A stretch of 64,000 bases of DNA from positions 37,820,001-37,884,000 of the forward strand of contig NC_047018.1 in the NCBI RefSeq assembly GCF_902652985.1. Reading direction: 5' to 3'. Each line of letters begins with the position of its first letter. Within the stretch, counting starts at the first letter, position 1. Both the position numbers and the translations under genes were made by a program. The notes under the pieces are model-generated. The model worked only from the letters and a program-made list of their open reading frames with translations, was not told where the DNA came from and ran no database searches. Shown here piece after piece: positions 34,051 through 47,147 of the stretch. The DNA is from Pecten maximus. Lineage: Eukaryota.

Positions 34051-36554
34051 TTCAATCGTCACGTATTTTGACCTTCCCTTGTGTGTATAACACATTTTCA
34101 GACATTGTGGGGGTGTAGATTAAAACTCGGTTAAACCCTGGTATTCATTATAAGGGAAAGGGTGGTAAGCACTCTAGGACGAAAAATCAACGCCATCTAC
34201 CTTTCGCGAAGAAAAAACAACATATTTCTGTGGAGTGTAGAAAAATATGCTTATGATGGTGGAAAAACAATCAATAGCATCCTGTATACACACAGAATGT
34301 ATTATAATTCCGTCGAATGCACCTCCATATCCTCCAAAACCACTTGTCGTTTCCGTGATTTGGAAAGGAATTCGACCGATGGTGGCACGAATAATATTCA
34401 TCAGGTTTAGATGTATTGCCATTGGCTTGCTATTTCGAGGCCCTTCGTACCAGATACTGCTTGTCATTACTTTTTCCAATGTGCATGGATACCAGATATA
34501 TTCAAGTGCATAAGTGCATCCAACGATATTAGAAAAACCAGTTTAAACGAATAATATGCGATAGTAACAGTAATTTAGAAAGTATTCGAGTCAATATATC
34601 AATAAAATTAGTCTTGCTAAATTCCGGGACAAATTATATGCATCGACTTGGTACAGCAGTCTGTACTACAGGACTCGGAGACATAACTTACAATCATACA
34701 TGCTCAATTTAACCTAGGCAATTTTTCTTCTTTCGATGCATTATTCTTTCAAAGGGAAGCTTTTGTATTGAAGGGATAATTAGTTGATAATTTGAAAGTT
34801 TTTCTCTTTTTTTCCTTTAAACTATTTACACAGGGAAGAAAGCAAAAAATGAGCAAGAAGCCATGGCACCATCCACAAAATTATAATAGTCCAGCTACAA
34901 AATGTTATCATATTCGTACTTATATAACACAATCATACAATATAATTATATGACTTTACATATAATCTGCCCAAATGATAGGTTATATCAACTGATGCAC
35001 ATTATGCCTCAAATAATACATTCTTCAGTTAATCTCAAATTTGATATCCTGTCTGCTTAAAAAAACCCCATTATGTAGAAAGAATTATATTAAAAACTAT
35101 GCATTAATTAATGTTAAAATGGTGGCAGAAAGATCATTACATCTGTTTAGATAAAATACACATCAATGTGTTCACAGACACCATTTATTGCTTTATTTTA
35201 AGTGGCACATTACAAATATTTCCATTGTAAAAATACATCTATAAATTAAAGGATGTTTAGTTTCAAGGTTTAACTTGTAGAAGTTAAACAGTATTTACGA
35301 AGAGAGAGACCCATTTTCATTTCATTTAGTTTAATATTTGTAGAGACTTTGTGTATAATAGACATTTCCTCTGGATTTCTTTACTTTTGCTGTTTTGATG
35401 TTGAATCTGTTTTTTATTATATTTTAAAACAAGTGGTCAGCTTTGATTTCGATGTCAGAGTACAATGTAATTATCTGCATGACTTTGAAAATTAATAACA
35501 TCCTGATATCAATAGGAGATGTAGCTGTCATGGCCTCTTGTTTCCCCATAATTCAACAACAAATTCTTATCTATACAAAAGTGGTTTGACAAACAACCAA
35601 TGTTCTGTGCATGATACAGGAATAGTCACCTTTTGTTTATGTTAATGGGGAAAAGTTGCATAATTACTGATTTTTTTTGTGTGTGAAACTCTGTGACTTT
35701 ATAGTATACAAATATGAAAAATCAGTGACCAGAATGAATAATGATATTTTCTACGAAACATATAGATCCAGATGTTGTCAATTCGTTAAGTTCATGTCTT
35801 TATTTATCACGATCAAAATAATTGTAAAGATAATTAGCGGAACAATATTTTGAAATATTAGAAGCTCTGTAAAGAATAGCAGAGCACTTACTGCCTTAGA
35901 TCCTGCTCATATCTATTATAATCTTTAATTATGCCATCTTTTCCCCAATGTATAGACTGTTATCCTTCAAATATTTCTTACCATTACCTGTGTAAGTAAC
36001 ACAGCTGTTCTATATACATATGCTAATATTAGTTATTGGTAAACAGTGTTTGTAGGTGGCTGGATGAACCAATTATAGTGTAACAGTACTCATGTATATT
36101 TCATAGAAACTCATCGATAAACAAAACATTTAACGTTACATATGTGAACATATACCCAATATGTCAAATGTTTTCGAGAGAGATTCTTCTGTTTCAATTT
36201 GTTGACACCTCTCTGTTCAAATGCCTTTAATTTATTGTATCATTTGAATAATTTTTGTTTGTTTTAAGTTGGGAAAGGTCATATATATCAATTTTCAAAG
36301 CGTATATGAGAAACAACACAGATTTCTGACAAAAATATCTAAATTTCAAAAAATTGTCAACCAATCGAAAAGTAAATCAACTAAATCCAATAATGAGAGA
36401 CGTAATCTGAACATATAGCATACAAACATAGCGCTTTGAAAAATATAAATAAATGAAAACAAACATGCATGATTGAGCTATTTGCGAACGTTCATTTAAC
36501 TTAAGCACACATGTGTTTACTGTATTAAAGGCACATCTTGTGTACACATTGTAA

Positions 36555-36861
36555 GGGGAATCCCCTTCACCTGACAAAGGTATGTACAAACAGTGTATAC
36601 ACTATGTATACACTAGAAATACATAATAATTACAGTATACGTACACCTATTTTAACAGAGTCTCTAAATCTAATCAATGTTTACAACTTGACAATAATCT
36701 GGAACATTCATAATGATGAAATAAAAGACAGTCCTCGAATCAATACTGCGAAGTGTTAGGCGTGTATCTATTTATAGTAACGATATCGCGTTCTATATAC
36801 ATACTAGGTGTTCCCCGAAGTTTCTCGCGTCTTCTCCAATGACGGCTATGTAGTATATAAG
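36555..36861 (+). promoter_or_regulatory. sHSP copy 3 promoter
   Basis: GGGGAATCCCC 36555-36565, HSE clusters as in copy 2, TATATAAG 36854-36861. Confidence 0.75.
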
Positions 36862-36960
36862 GCGTTACACTGCCCTCTGATAACCATACAGGGTTTGAAG
36901 CCTTTATAAGTACAGAGGACTTATCCAATACTATATTTCTAGTATACAACTACTGACAAC

Positions 36961-38145
36961 ATGTTCACACTACGAGCTGCTCCTTGTCACTATCCGGAGT
37001 GTTGCTGGGACCGACGACGACCATCAACATGTAGACAAACGTTCAGCCCCGGGGATATGTCTCGGCCAACCAGGGACAGCCAATTGTTTCAGGACCTAAC
37101 CGAGAACATCCTCCTCCCCTTCTTTGTGGCTATCACGGGTAACAACGAGGACACGCCATGTAGGCAACACGAACGTCCCAAGATCAAACAATGGACACAC
37201 AGATTGAATCTGAAAGGGTATGGACCAGATGACGTCACGATTACCACTCGAGAGGGGCGAGTCCTGATCAAGGCCCGCCGTATTGAGGGACAGGGAGACT
37301 GTTCAGATATCTACGAGAGTCACAGGACCATTACCATACCTAAAGATGTTGACGTTAGGTCAATGAAAAGTCGCTTCACAACAGATGGTATGTTGATTAT
37401 TGAAGCAAAATTCCTTACCAAGGACGAAAATCAGACGTTTCGGGAGCTCGAGGTGCAATTAGATAAAGCCGAGCACAAACAGAAATCCGAGCCAACACTG
37501 GACGGAAAGGTGAACACAACTGAGGAGAGAGAGAATGATGTCTCGGAACCGTCCATTGAGGGTGAACAAATTCAATCAACAGGTCACAGAGGTGACGTCA
37601 TTGGAGGAGCAGACCAGGAGTCTATCATTGAATACCCCAAAAGTTTCGATAGTTTTCACGAGAAAGAGGACTTTGAAATTGTTGAACCCAAAATGTCAAG
37701 CATTAGTGGTGACCTAGACACCAATCAGGTAACTGACGTTAAAATAGAACACGACCAGTATGTGTACAACCACAAACCCGGCGCTGGTCCCTGTTCTCAC
37801 AATAAACAGGAGATGTGTGACGAAGACTAGAATACAAATGTCGAAGAGGCTATGACGACACGTGGCGAGGATGACAAGAGAGTGAGCGACGACACAACCA
37901 AAATATTCACACTGTCCTTCAACAAAGACCAGTTCACCGGAGATGACGTCAGAGTATTACTAAAAGGTGACACGTTACTTGTGAAATCAGAGAAGAAGGA
38001 GCGTAAAGATGGATTGTTCCGAACGGAGTATTACGCCACACAGTACACATTACCGGACGATGTTGATGTACGCAAACTTTCGTGCTCTAAGAGTTCTGAC
38101 GGAGAGCTATCTGTAACAGCTCCATATAAGGAGTTGGATATATGA
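36961..38145 (+). CDS. Two-ACD sHSP copy 3, split by the same in-frame TAG (37828-37830) into a 289-aa and a 97-aa ORF
   Basis: Same GAC TAG AAT lesion as copy 2; downstream frame open. Confidence 0.85.
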
Positions 38146-39011
38146 CATTACCAAATCAAAAGAGAACCGTGTTAATGATGTTCTATCATTATATATATTA
38201 TTTATTTGTCCGTAAACATGTACGATATTTGTTGTTCTACACTTAAGTTTACAAGAATAACAGTGTTCAAATGATTTGAATTATACATTGTAACATCATT
38301 TACCATAATAATTTTTTTACTACTATTAGATTATTGACACTCAACAGTTTCATTTGTGTTAAACATTTTTATCATATTGCGTTAGCGAAGTCAATAAAAT
38401 AATGATATATACAAAGAATATCTTATTCTTATTGTTTTATTATTAATTTCGTGTACTACATCATCGTAATTACAAATGATAGGGAAAGCTATATAGGTTA
38501 CCCTTGCATTTCGAAGTTACGTAAGCTGCAACAGATAGATGACGCAGTGTTGGACCTTGAATACAATTTTTGATGATTTGCCTTGTTTACCTTCAATTCA
38601 CCTACGATGAAAACAACTAAATACTCAATATATACTGTATATGTATTCCAAATACGTTATTGAGATTTTGGCATTTTCGTTCTATTTTGAACGAATTTAA
38701 TCAGTCTTCCATTTTGCGGTTGCTGATATCTCTGTTTCAATAAAAAAATATTACAAATGTTTACATCTGACAATGTACATTGTTACTATCATGGATAAAA
38801 GCAGACAATAAACGATAAGAAATACTTACAAAGTTACATGTAAATAAATTTGTGATTTTGAATATAATGCCTTATTTACATACATGTACCTTTGATGTGA
38901 AATATTGGGTTGAGTCTAGAAACCATTTATGAGTATTGACCTGATACTGTGAATGATATATATATTTATTTTATTTTTGGTGTAAACAATTCTTGATGTA
39001 GCAGAAGGTAT

Positions 39012-39662
39012 GGTAGCAGTGTACAGTAAAAATGCCCAATTCTGAAAAAAATATGGCACATGTTTTAGATATGTGAACATTGCCAGTTAACCCTACATAT
39101 TACCTCTAATAAAGTATATATATTTGTAATCTTTACAACATTTGCAATTTTAATACAGCTCTGAAGGATAAGTAAACTTGATTTTTCTGTGATTGTTAGA
39201 GCTGTGAATACCATGGTAACAGCTTAAAAAGTGCTAAAAAATTGCAAAATATTATGATATTTGACCCAAAATGACACAATTCTCTACACAATTTTTTTCT
39301 GAAACCTATTTAAAATTAAATATCTCGATCTTAAAGACAGAATTAATCTAGTTCAGACATATGTTGTAAATTAAGTTTTCCTGCTATCTTACCTTTTCTG
39401 TGGGCTTCCATTTTTCGCTGTAGGCAAAACTAAATTTCCTGTGTAAACACACCTTCGGAAAATCCGGAAATTTAAAATCCGGAATCAATTGATTAATTTT
39501 TGTTTTAACAAATGTGAAGCCTGTTGGTACTACTTCACACTGAATATACCAATTATAGTGTACATTTTTTTCCCCATTTTTTATGCATATCATAATACAG
39601 GAGTTATTTGCTTAACAAAAAAAAATGCCCATGGCCAGGCTGTCCTACTGTAGTGTGCTACC
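39012..39662. mobile_element. 651-bp MITE, GG...CC termini, 3-bp TSD (TAT)
   Basis: TIR GGTAGCAgtgTACAGTA / TACTGTAgtgTGCTACC (14/17). TAT on both sides. Absent from the paralogous spacer at ~32845-32855. Confidence 0.8.
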
Positions 39663-40822
39663 TATGGATGTCACCTGTCGTGTGATGGGGATTGCGATGC
39701 TATTACTCCAGTGGTTACGTTCAATTTTGTTTTCTGCACCACAGAAATATGTTATGGCAAAACTCATCTAGGTATTTGTTGACATAAAAAAAGACCAATC
39801 GTTAAACTGTTGCATTGTATTTTCTTTGAATATCATATATAGGATATTTTTGCACCCTATAGCTAAAAAATGAACGTATCCCCTAATCTATCGAGGCTGG
39901 CTGCTACAGGAGTGCCCATTTAGCATTGAACAATTTTCAGTTGACATCTTCTTCAACAGAACACCGATAATAATCGAAACACCAACTTTAGTAGGCGAGT
40001 CGAAACATAGCATTAGGTGTAGACCAGTAGGCGGGTTAAACTATTAACTTAATGTAGTTAACATTCGTGGGCAAAATGGTGGAAAGGTAATCCAATTTCG
40101 CTTTCTTTACAGTATTCCAGGTTGAACGTTTTTGGTAGAGAACTCTCATTCAGTTTCATGTTTTTAACATTTATTGCAACAACAAAGAGTACTGAGAAAG
40201 TAAGGAAAACAAAATCAAAACTCAAACGTAATTAAACATCCGCCATACAAGTCAAAGTTAAATCTGGGTGAAGTCCCAATCACAACTGAGAGTTAGGGTG
40301 GTGACAACGGACATACTGGGTATATAAACGAAATCTGGGTTAGGTCCCAATCACAACTGTGCGTTAGGGTAATGACAGCGGAACCGTTGTGTATAACAGT
40401 AAGCATCAAATACACGTACGTCCGAATTCATATCTCATAAGGAAGTAGAATGCTTCGTAATGAGATCATAATGACGACCAAAAGACTTTCACATAGTCAT
40501 CATCAAACTACATATCTGTGAAGCCCGTATTTTGTTAGTTTCTCCGCCAGGAGTCGACATCTGTCAAGGAAATCGTGATAATAGGAACATGTCCGTGGAT
40601 TATGCTTACATGTTAACACAGTAAAAAGGAAAATTAACATTTTGGAAATTGAAATCGTCACGTTTATAATACAATTAAGGTAAGATTTAACCCCGTAGGT
40701 TACGTTGTTGCGTAAAGATCGCGGTAAGTGGTTGAGGTTGAAGAGCCTCTAGTGCCATTGGTTTCAAATTCTATAGGATTGAAAACTGCATCCGACCAAC
40801 ATGGTCAATAATATGTTTGTAA

Positions 40823-43800
40823 GGTGCTGTTGCAGGAATGCTCTAAAACCGCCCACGAAGGAAATCGATCCTTTACCTAATGCCCGGATAGACATATCCA
40901 TGGGGAATCTGATAGTACATATGAAAACCTTGTTCCGTTCCGGACATGCCAGAACGAGGCCATTTTGTACCAAAGTCGTAAATACTCACAAGCACACTTT
41001 ATCAAGTATGTATAAGGTCAAAATGTTATTTGTTTGTAAGGAAAATTGTACTAAAATTACATTTATATATCGGCAACGTTATCGGATATCGATTGTATGA
41101 ATCTTTTCGTTATTATATGTGAAATTGGACATCAAACATAAAAAATGATATTTCTCATCAAGTTGAATGCACGTTTAAACGGCATTTTGTCTAATTCAAA
41201 CCCCGAGTACTATCGAATTATGTCGATAGAAAATATCTCCATTCATTTGTGTAATCCATGAAAAAAAAAATGAAGTGGTTTTCGAGACTGACTATGGACA
41301 TAGACCCCAAGGTAGAAGAGAACACTGGCGATATGAGCACACATACCAACAGTCCTCTGACCGGTTGGACACGTACAGTGGTAATTCTGTATTGGTGGTT
41401 GTTCGGTAACTGAGTACTGGATCCATATGTTGTATTTCGTTTGCGATTTATGACGAGATCGGATTTGACATCGAATCAGGTCAGAAGAGTGTTGGTATGC
41501 CATGACTGCATAATCTCCATCTGCCGTCAAATGTTCCGATATATATCCGGGGGCCAACTTCACCTGGTACGTCCCACATGCCAGAGTTTCTAGATATTCT
41601 TGGTCAAGACGTGGGAACTCGAGCTGGGCTGCCTCTAGCTTCTGCCATTTGGATTTGGCTCTCCGTGATAGGTCTGGCTCTTTCTCAACACGCTCTGCTA
41701 GGATGTTGGTCTTGTTTAGAAGTGACTTCATCTCCAGGCAACTTTTTCATCTTCGGCTGCTTTTGTTGATGAAGGCTGATATATGGGTCCACGTAGCCAA
41801 TTCAGACATGCCGTGACACTTTTCAGAAGACTTTCGAGATTTTTGATGAAGTAGTTTGATGTGAGTTCAGTTTAAAAAAATCTGAATTGCTTGAAACGAG
41901 AGTTATAACTTTCGACCACCCATCTTGTTTTAGTGATACACCTGTCTGTGTTTGCCTCTATACCATCATGTTGACTCTGTCCAGGTTTGAGAAATGTCGG
42001 CATGTGAGTCTCGTATCCCTCGTCTGATAGTTTGCTCAAAATGTCTCGGAAACCCCTGTCTACAATTACCTGATCATCTTCCTCTATGATACCTGACAGA
42101 CTTTGTAATGAGGTACGTATCTTGTCAGTGATTTTGGCGTCATTATCACTACCAAGAAATGGGCCGACAGTCTCTAGAACGTAACCGTTAGGGAACACAA
42201 TACTCATAAACTTCACGTAGTTGCGTTTTTTTTACCGCAGTAACTTTTCCGCTGAAACTCATGTTCTTTACTTTTGCCGATATATATATATGTACCATCC
42301 AATATTACAGTGACTTTGTTGCCGAAGAATGTTTTTGTGAAAACTGTATTTTGATCCAACGCTTGCGCCCTAGACACGTGATCCGGACCAAGATGTGTGG
42401 GAACTACGGCTTGATTTAGAGCATCTGTAACGATCTGGAAAATTCTGCTGACGCTCGATTTGTGAATGCGGAAAAGAGAAGCCAACTGAGTGAAAGATAT
42501 GTCTGTTTTGAGTTTAACCCAAAACAGCAGAAGGGCATTCTTAGATGACAATGTTTTTGTACCAGTAATATGTTCGGAACTTGCATCGTGTATTTGATTG
42601 AATTGATTACAAGCCCAGCCTGTCCAAGCTTGGCAATCTTCATCATCCATGTTGTCGAAGTTTAATACAAGCGGTGACAAGTTATTGGACATGTTCTGTA
42701 TGATTTTGAGTAAATCGTTGATAACAGCTGGTGACTTGGTGGCTAAGTGATTAACAAGTTTATCCCTCCCTGTCAAAACCGGCTCAATGTCAGGACTGAT
42801 ATCCTTACCAAGAAGATGACTTGAACACACCCTGGAATTCTCAGGCATGTACAGTTTATGTTTGATAAGCAGCTGGTGTCTTGCTTTCTCACTGATGCAG
42901 CTAGAACTCTTCATGTTGTAAGTTCGACAAATGCTACATTTTCTGTTCGAAGAAGGGGCATAGTATAAATCATCTACAGAATGATACCCGTCCAGAGTGT
43001 CAGATTCGTCGACAGAATCATCATTGTCTACGGAAGCTTTTTTCCGTTCCGGTTCATTGGCATTCTCGGATGCAGGACGTTTCTTGAGGTATCTGAGAAA
43101 GCATTTTGGACACATCTTTGCTTCTGTTGATTCAGAAAGTATGACACCTTCAGAAAGGAGAACATCTTTCATCCAGTCCTGAATTTTTCGCGGATTTTTA
43201 CCATCGCCAACCTGGTTGTGCTTGAACTTAACTTTACATCCCAACCCGACGCAGGAGTTCTCCATTTTCCTATTTGAGACAAAGACAACTTTACTACAGA
43301 ATAACTGAACTAAATAGAATTGTAAAAACGTAACAGCAATTATAACAACACGCCGAGCACCATTCGCGGTGAGTAGTCAAAAGACCAAGTGGCAAAGGGA
43401 ACTTTTGTGTGGCACACCCGAACGGAGGAGAAGCTTTGAAGAAGTACTGAAGACGAAGATGGTCAAGTGAGAAAAATGATGAATCATACGTAATACGGAA
43501 CTACTATAAGTATGTTAAACATAGTAGAACATAATACATTGCCATGGACATTGTATCAAATCATTTTCATAATAAACCAATACGTTGTATTATTGTGTAC
43601 GACAAGGACCACTTGTATCGCCCGCGCATTTTTTCCACATACATTTTTCAACATTGAACTACTGTCCTTATCCAGTGATTCGGCACGACTTTCTTTTGCT
43701 GGTATACAGAGGGATAGTCAAATATGTTTTTAAAACACTAACATCGATAGTACTTGCATATTATCGTGCCGAATTTGCCGCTTGATTTTAAAATGGTATG

Positions 43801-44136
43801 TTGAATTTGATGAAAATTTTCGAATTTTGGTTTTCTACGTCATCTTGTACTAAACTTGTTTGTTTTTTCATGGTCAACTGTTTATCATTTTAAACTACAA
43901 TGTATGTACAATACCTAGTCGTGCGAAAACCTCTCAGTGACAAACAGAAATACCACTTATGGGTCTGTGAAAAACACAGGTATGCTTGTAAACGAAAAAG
44001 TGAAGTAGATGGCGCTATGGGCGCGCTTATGGGTCAAGTGGAAAATAACATCTTGTTCCATATGTATTTTTCATAGCTTTACTGGAAAATATAGTCGATT
44101 TCAAGAAATCACTGTGGGCGGTTCTGCAACAGCACC
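40823..44136 (-). mobile_element. 3.3-kb DNA transposon of the PIF/Harbinger-ISL2EU-Spy (PHIS) group
   Basis: TIRs GGTGCTGTTGCAG..AACCGCCCAC / GTGGGCGGTT-CTGCAACAGCACC; absent from the paralogous spacer (33971-33990); encodes a transposase. Confidence 0.9.
41243..43265 (-). pseudogene. Disrupted transposase: Cys/His N-terminal zinc motifs, HTH, DDE_Tnp_4-type catalytic domain, C-terminal SWIM finger
   Basis: Motifs FTQLASLFRIHKSSVSRIF (HTH), ILDGTYIYIGKS, IVDRGFRD, RWVVESYNSRFK and CTCPTGQRTVGMCAH (SWIM). Three lesions: +1 in an A-run at ~42228, nonsense TAA at 41872-41874, and -1 at ~41735. Confidence 0.85.
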
Positions 44137-46739
44137 TTTGAAGATAACTCATCAATATACCTTTAGGTGTAGTCGAACAACTTTGCAAGCACAAGGACCT
44201 GACAATTTATTTACAATATTCATGTATTTGGACCGCCCCTCCTATGTATAAAACATTTTCAGACATTTTGGGGGTGTAGATTAAAATTCGGTAAAATCTC
44301 GGTGTTCATTATAAGGTGAAGGTTAGTAAGTACTCTGACGAAAAATCAGCAAAGAAAACAACATATTTCTGTTTTGTGTAGTATAATATATGCTTATGAT
44401 CGTGGAAAAACATAATTGTTTTCTTTCTATGCCATCCTGTATACACGCAGAATGTATTATCATTCCGTCGAATGCATCTTCATATCATCCAAAACCAGTT
44501 GCTGTTTCCGCGATTTTGGATTCAACCGATGGTGGCACGAATAATATTCATGAGGTTTAGCTGTACTGTCATTGACAAATATAGAATAACACAACAAAAT
44601 TCATAGATGATGTAACGTTAAACTCAGAAGCAGTGGTCGGTCTAAAATCACTGCTTGTCATTAATTTGCCTATGTGCATGGGAATCAGATATATTCAAGC
44701 TTTAAGTGCATCCAAAGTCCTTATAATATACAGTTTTAAAGGAATATCATTGTCATAATAATAGTTATCTGGCAAGTATTCGAATCCATATATGATTGAC
44801 ATTAGTCTTGCTAAAGTCCGGAACAAATTATATACAATCCACTTGGAGCTACAGCCTGTACTGTAGTACTCGGAGACGTAAATGACAATCATTGTACTGG
44901 AGGGATAATTATTTCATTATTTGAAAGTTTTCCCTTTTCCCTAAAATATATTTAGACAAGGAAGAAGGCAAAAGTTGAGCCAGAGGTCATGGAACCATCT
45001 ACAGATTTATACAGGTCCAGATACAAAATGTAATCATGTTCGTATTTTCACAACACAATCAAACTTATATAATTATATGATTTTATATATAATCTGCTCA
45101 AATGATATGTTATATCATCTGATGTACATTATGTATCATATATTCTTCAGTGAATCTCAAATTTTATTTCCTGACTGCTAAATATCCCATAATGTAGAAA
45201 GAATTTGATTAAAATCTATGCATAAATTTAGGTTAAAATGATGGCAGAAGACCATTACACCTGTTTAGAAAACAACAACAACACATCAATGTGTTCACAT
45301 ACACCATCTATTCTTTATTTTAAGTTTCACTTAACGCATATTTCCTTTGTAAAAATACCTCTGTAATCTAAACGTTGTTTAGAATCAAGGTTTAACTTAC
45401 AGAAGCTAAACAACATTTTACCAGCTGACAGCCCATCTTAATTTTCATGAGTTTATTGTTTGTTGAGACTGTGTGTAGACATTTCCTTTGGATTTTTTTT
45501 TGTTATTTTGCTGTTTTGATGTTTTGATGTTTTGTTGAATCTGTTTTTATCATATTAAAACAAACTGTCAGTTTTGATTTCACTGTCAGTGTACAATGTA
45601 ACTATCTGCAAGCTTTTGAAAATTGAAAACATCCTGATATCGGTAGAAGATATAGTGTCATGCCCTCTTGTTTCCACATAATTAAAGAACTAATTCTTAT
45701 CTATACAAACCTGGTTTGGCAAACAACCTATGCTCTGTGTATGGTACAGGAATAGCCACCCTTTATTAATGTTGATGGTGAAAAGTTGCATAATTTCTGA
45801 AAATATTTGAAACCCTGTGGCCTTACAATATACAAGTATGACTGATCAGTGTACAGAATGAGTAATGACATTATATAGATCCAGATATTGTCACATAGTT
45901 CAATTCATATCTTTATTTATCAGGGTAATAATAAATCTAAAGTGAATTAGGGAAACAATATTTTGAAAAATAAGATAAGCTCTGTAAAGAATAACACAGC
46001 ACTTACTGCCTTAGATCCTGCTCATATCTATTATAGATTAACTTTAATTATGTCATTTATTTATTTATTCATTTATTTATCATCTATCCATTTACACACA
46101 TTTTCCCTATGTATAGACTGTAAGCCTTCAAATATTTTCTTACTATTACCTGTGTAAGTAACACAGATCTACTGTATACATGTAATGGTAGCAGTTATTG
46201 GAAAACAGTGCTTGTAGGTGACTGGATGAACCAATTACAGTGTAACAGTATTCATGTATACGTCATAGAAATTCATAGATATACAAAATAGCTAACGTTA
46301 CTTATGTGAACGAATAGCTAATATATGAAATCTTTTCGAGATCTGAAAGAAAGCAATCTTTCTCTTTGATTATTTGTTGACTCCTCTCTGTTCAAATGTC
46401 TCTAATTTATCTCTACTACGTGAATTCTTTTTGTCTGTTTGAAGTTGGGTATCGTTACATATGTCAATTTCTATACCGTATATGAAACAACACAGATTTC
46501 TGACAAAAATATATATTTCCAAAAAATGTTCAACCAATCAAAAAGTAAATTAACTTAACGCAATAATGAGAGAAGTAATCTGAATATTTAGTATACCCGG
46601 CATACAACATAACGCTTTGAATAAAAACACAACATAATCACAAGCAAACAAACATATACACATATAGATTGAGCTATTTGCGAACAGACATTTAACATGT
46701 GTTTACTGTATAAGAGCACATATTATCTACACATTGTAA

Positions 46740-47044
46740 GGGGAATCCCCTTCGCATGACAAAGGTATGTACAAACAAACGCTGTAAACACTAAAAATAC
46801 ACAACATAATTACAGTATACGTATACAGGTATTTTAATAGAGTTTCTAAATTTAATCAATGTATACAACCTGAAAATAATCTGGAACATTCATAATGATG
46901 AAATAAAAGACAGTTCTCGAATGAATACTGCGTATAGTGTTTGGTGTGTATCTATTTATAGTAACGATATCGCGTTCTATTTACATACTGGATGTTCACC
47001 GAAGTTTCTCGCGTCTTCTCCAATGACGGCTATGTAGTATAAAA
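46740..47044 (+). promoter_or_regulatory. sHSP copy 4 promoter
   Basis: GGGGAATCCCC 46740-46750, HSE clusters, TATAAAA 47038-47044. Confidence 0.75.
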
Positions 47045-47147
47045 GGCGTTACACTGCCCGCTGATAACCATACAGGGTTTGAAGCCTTTACAAGTACAGA
47101 GGACTTATCTAATACTTTATATTTCTACCCATACAACTACTGACAAC

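Noticed and set aside
42213-42235. Programmed ribosomal frameshift in the transposase A-run
   Set aside because: The gene also has a nonsense codon and a second frameshift, so decay or a homopolymer error is simpler.
47079-47147. N-terminal extension of sHSP copy 4
   Set aside because: The TTG start lies in the 5' UTR; the other copies have an in-frame TAG there (tttctag), so the extension is not conserved.
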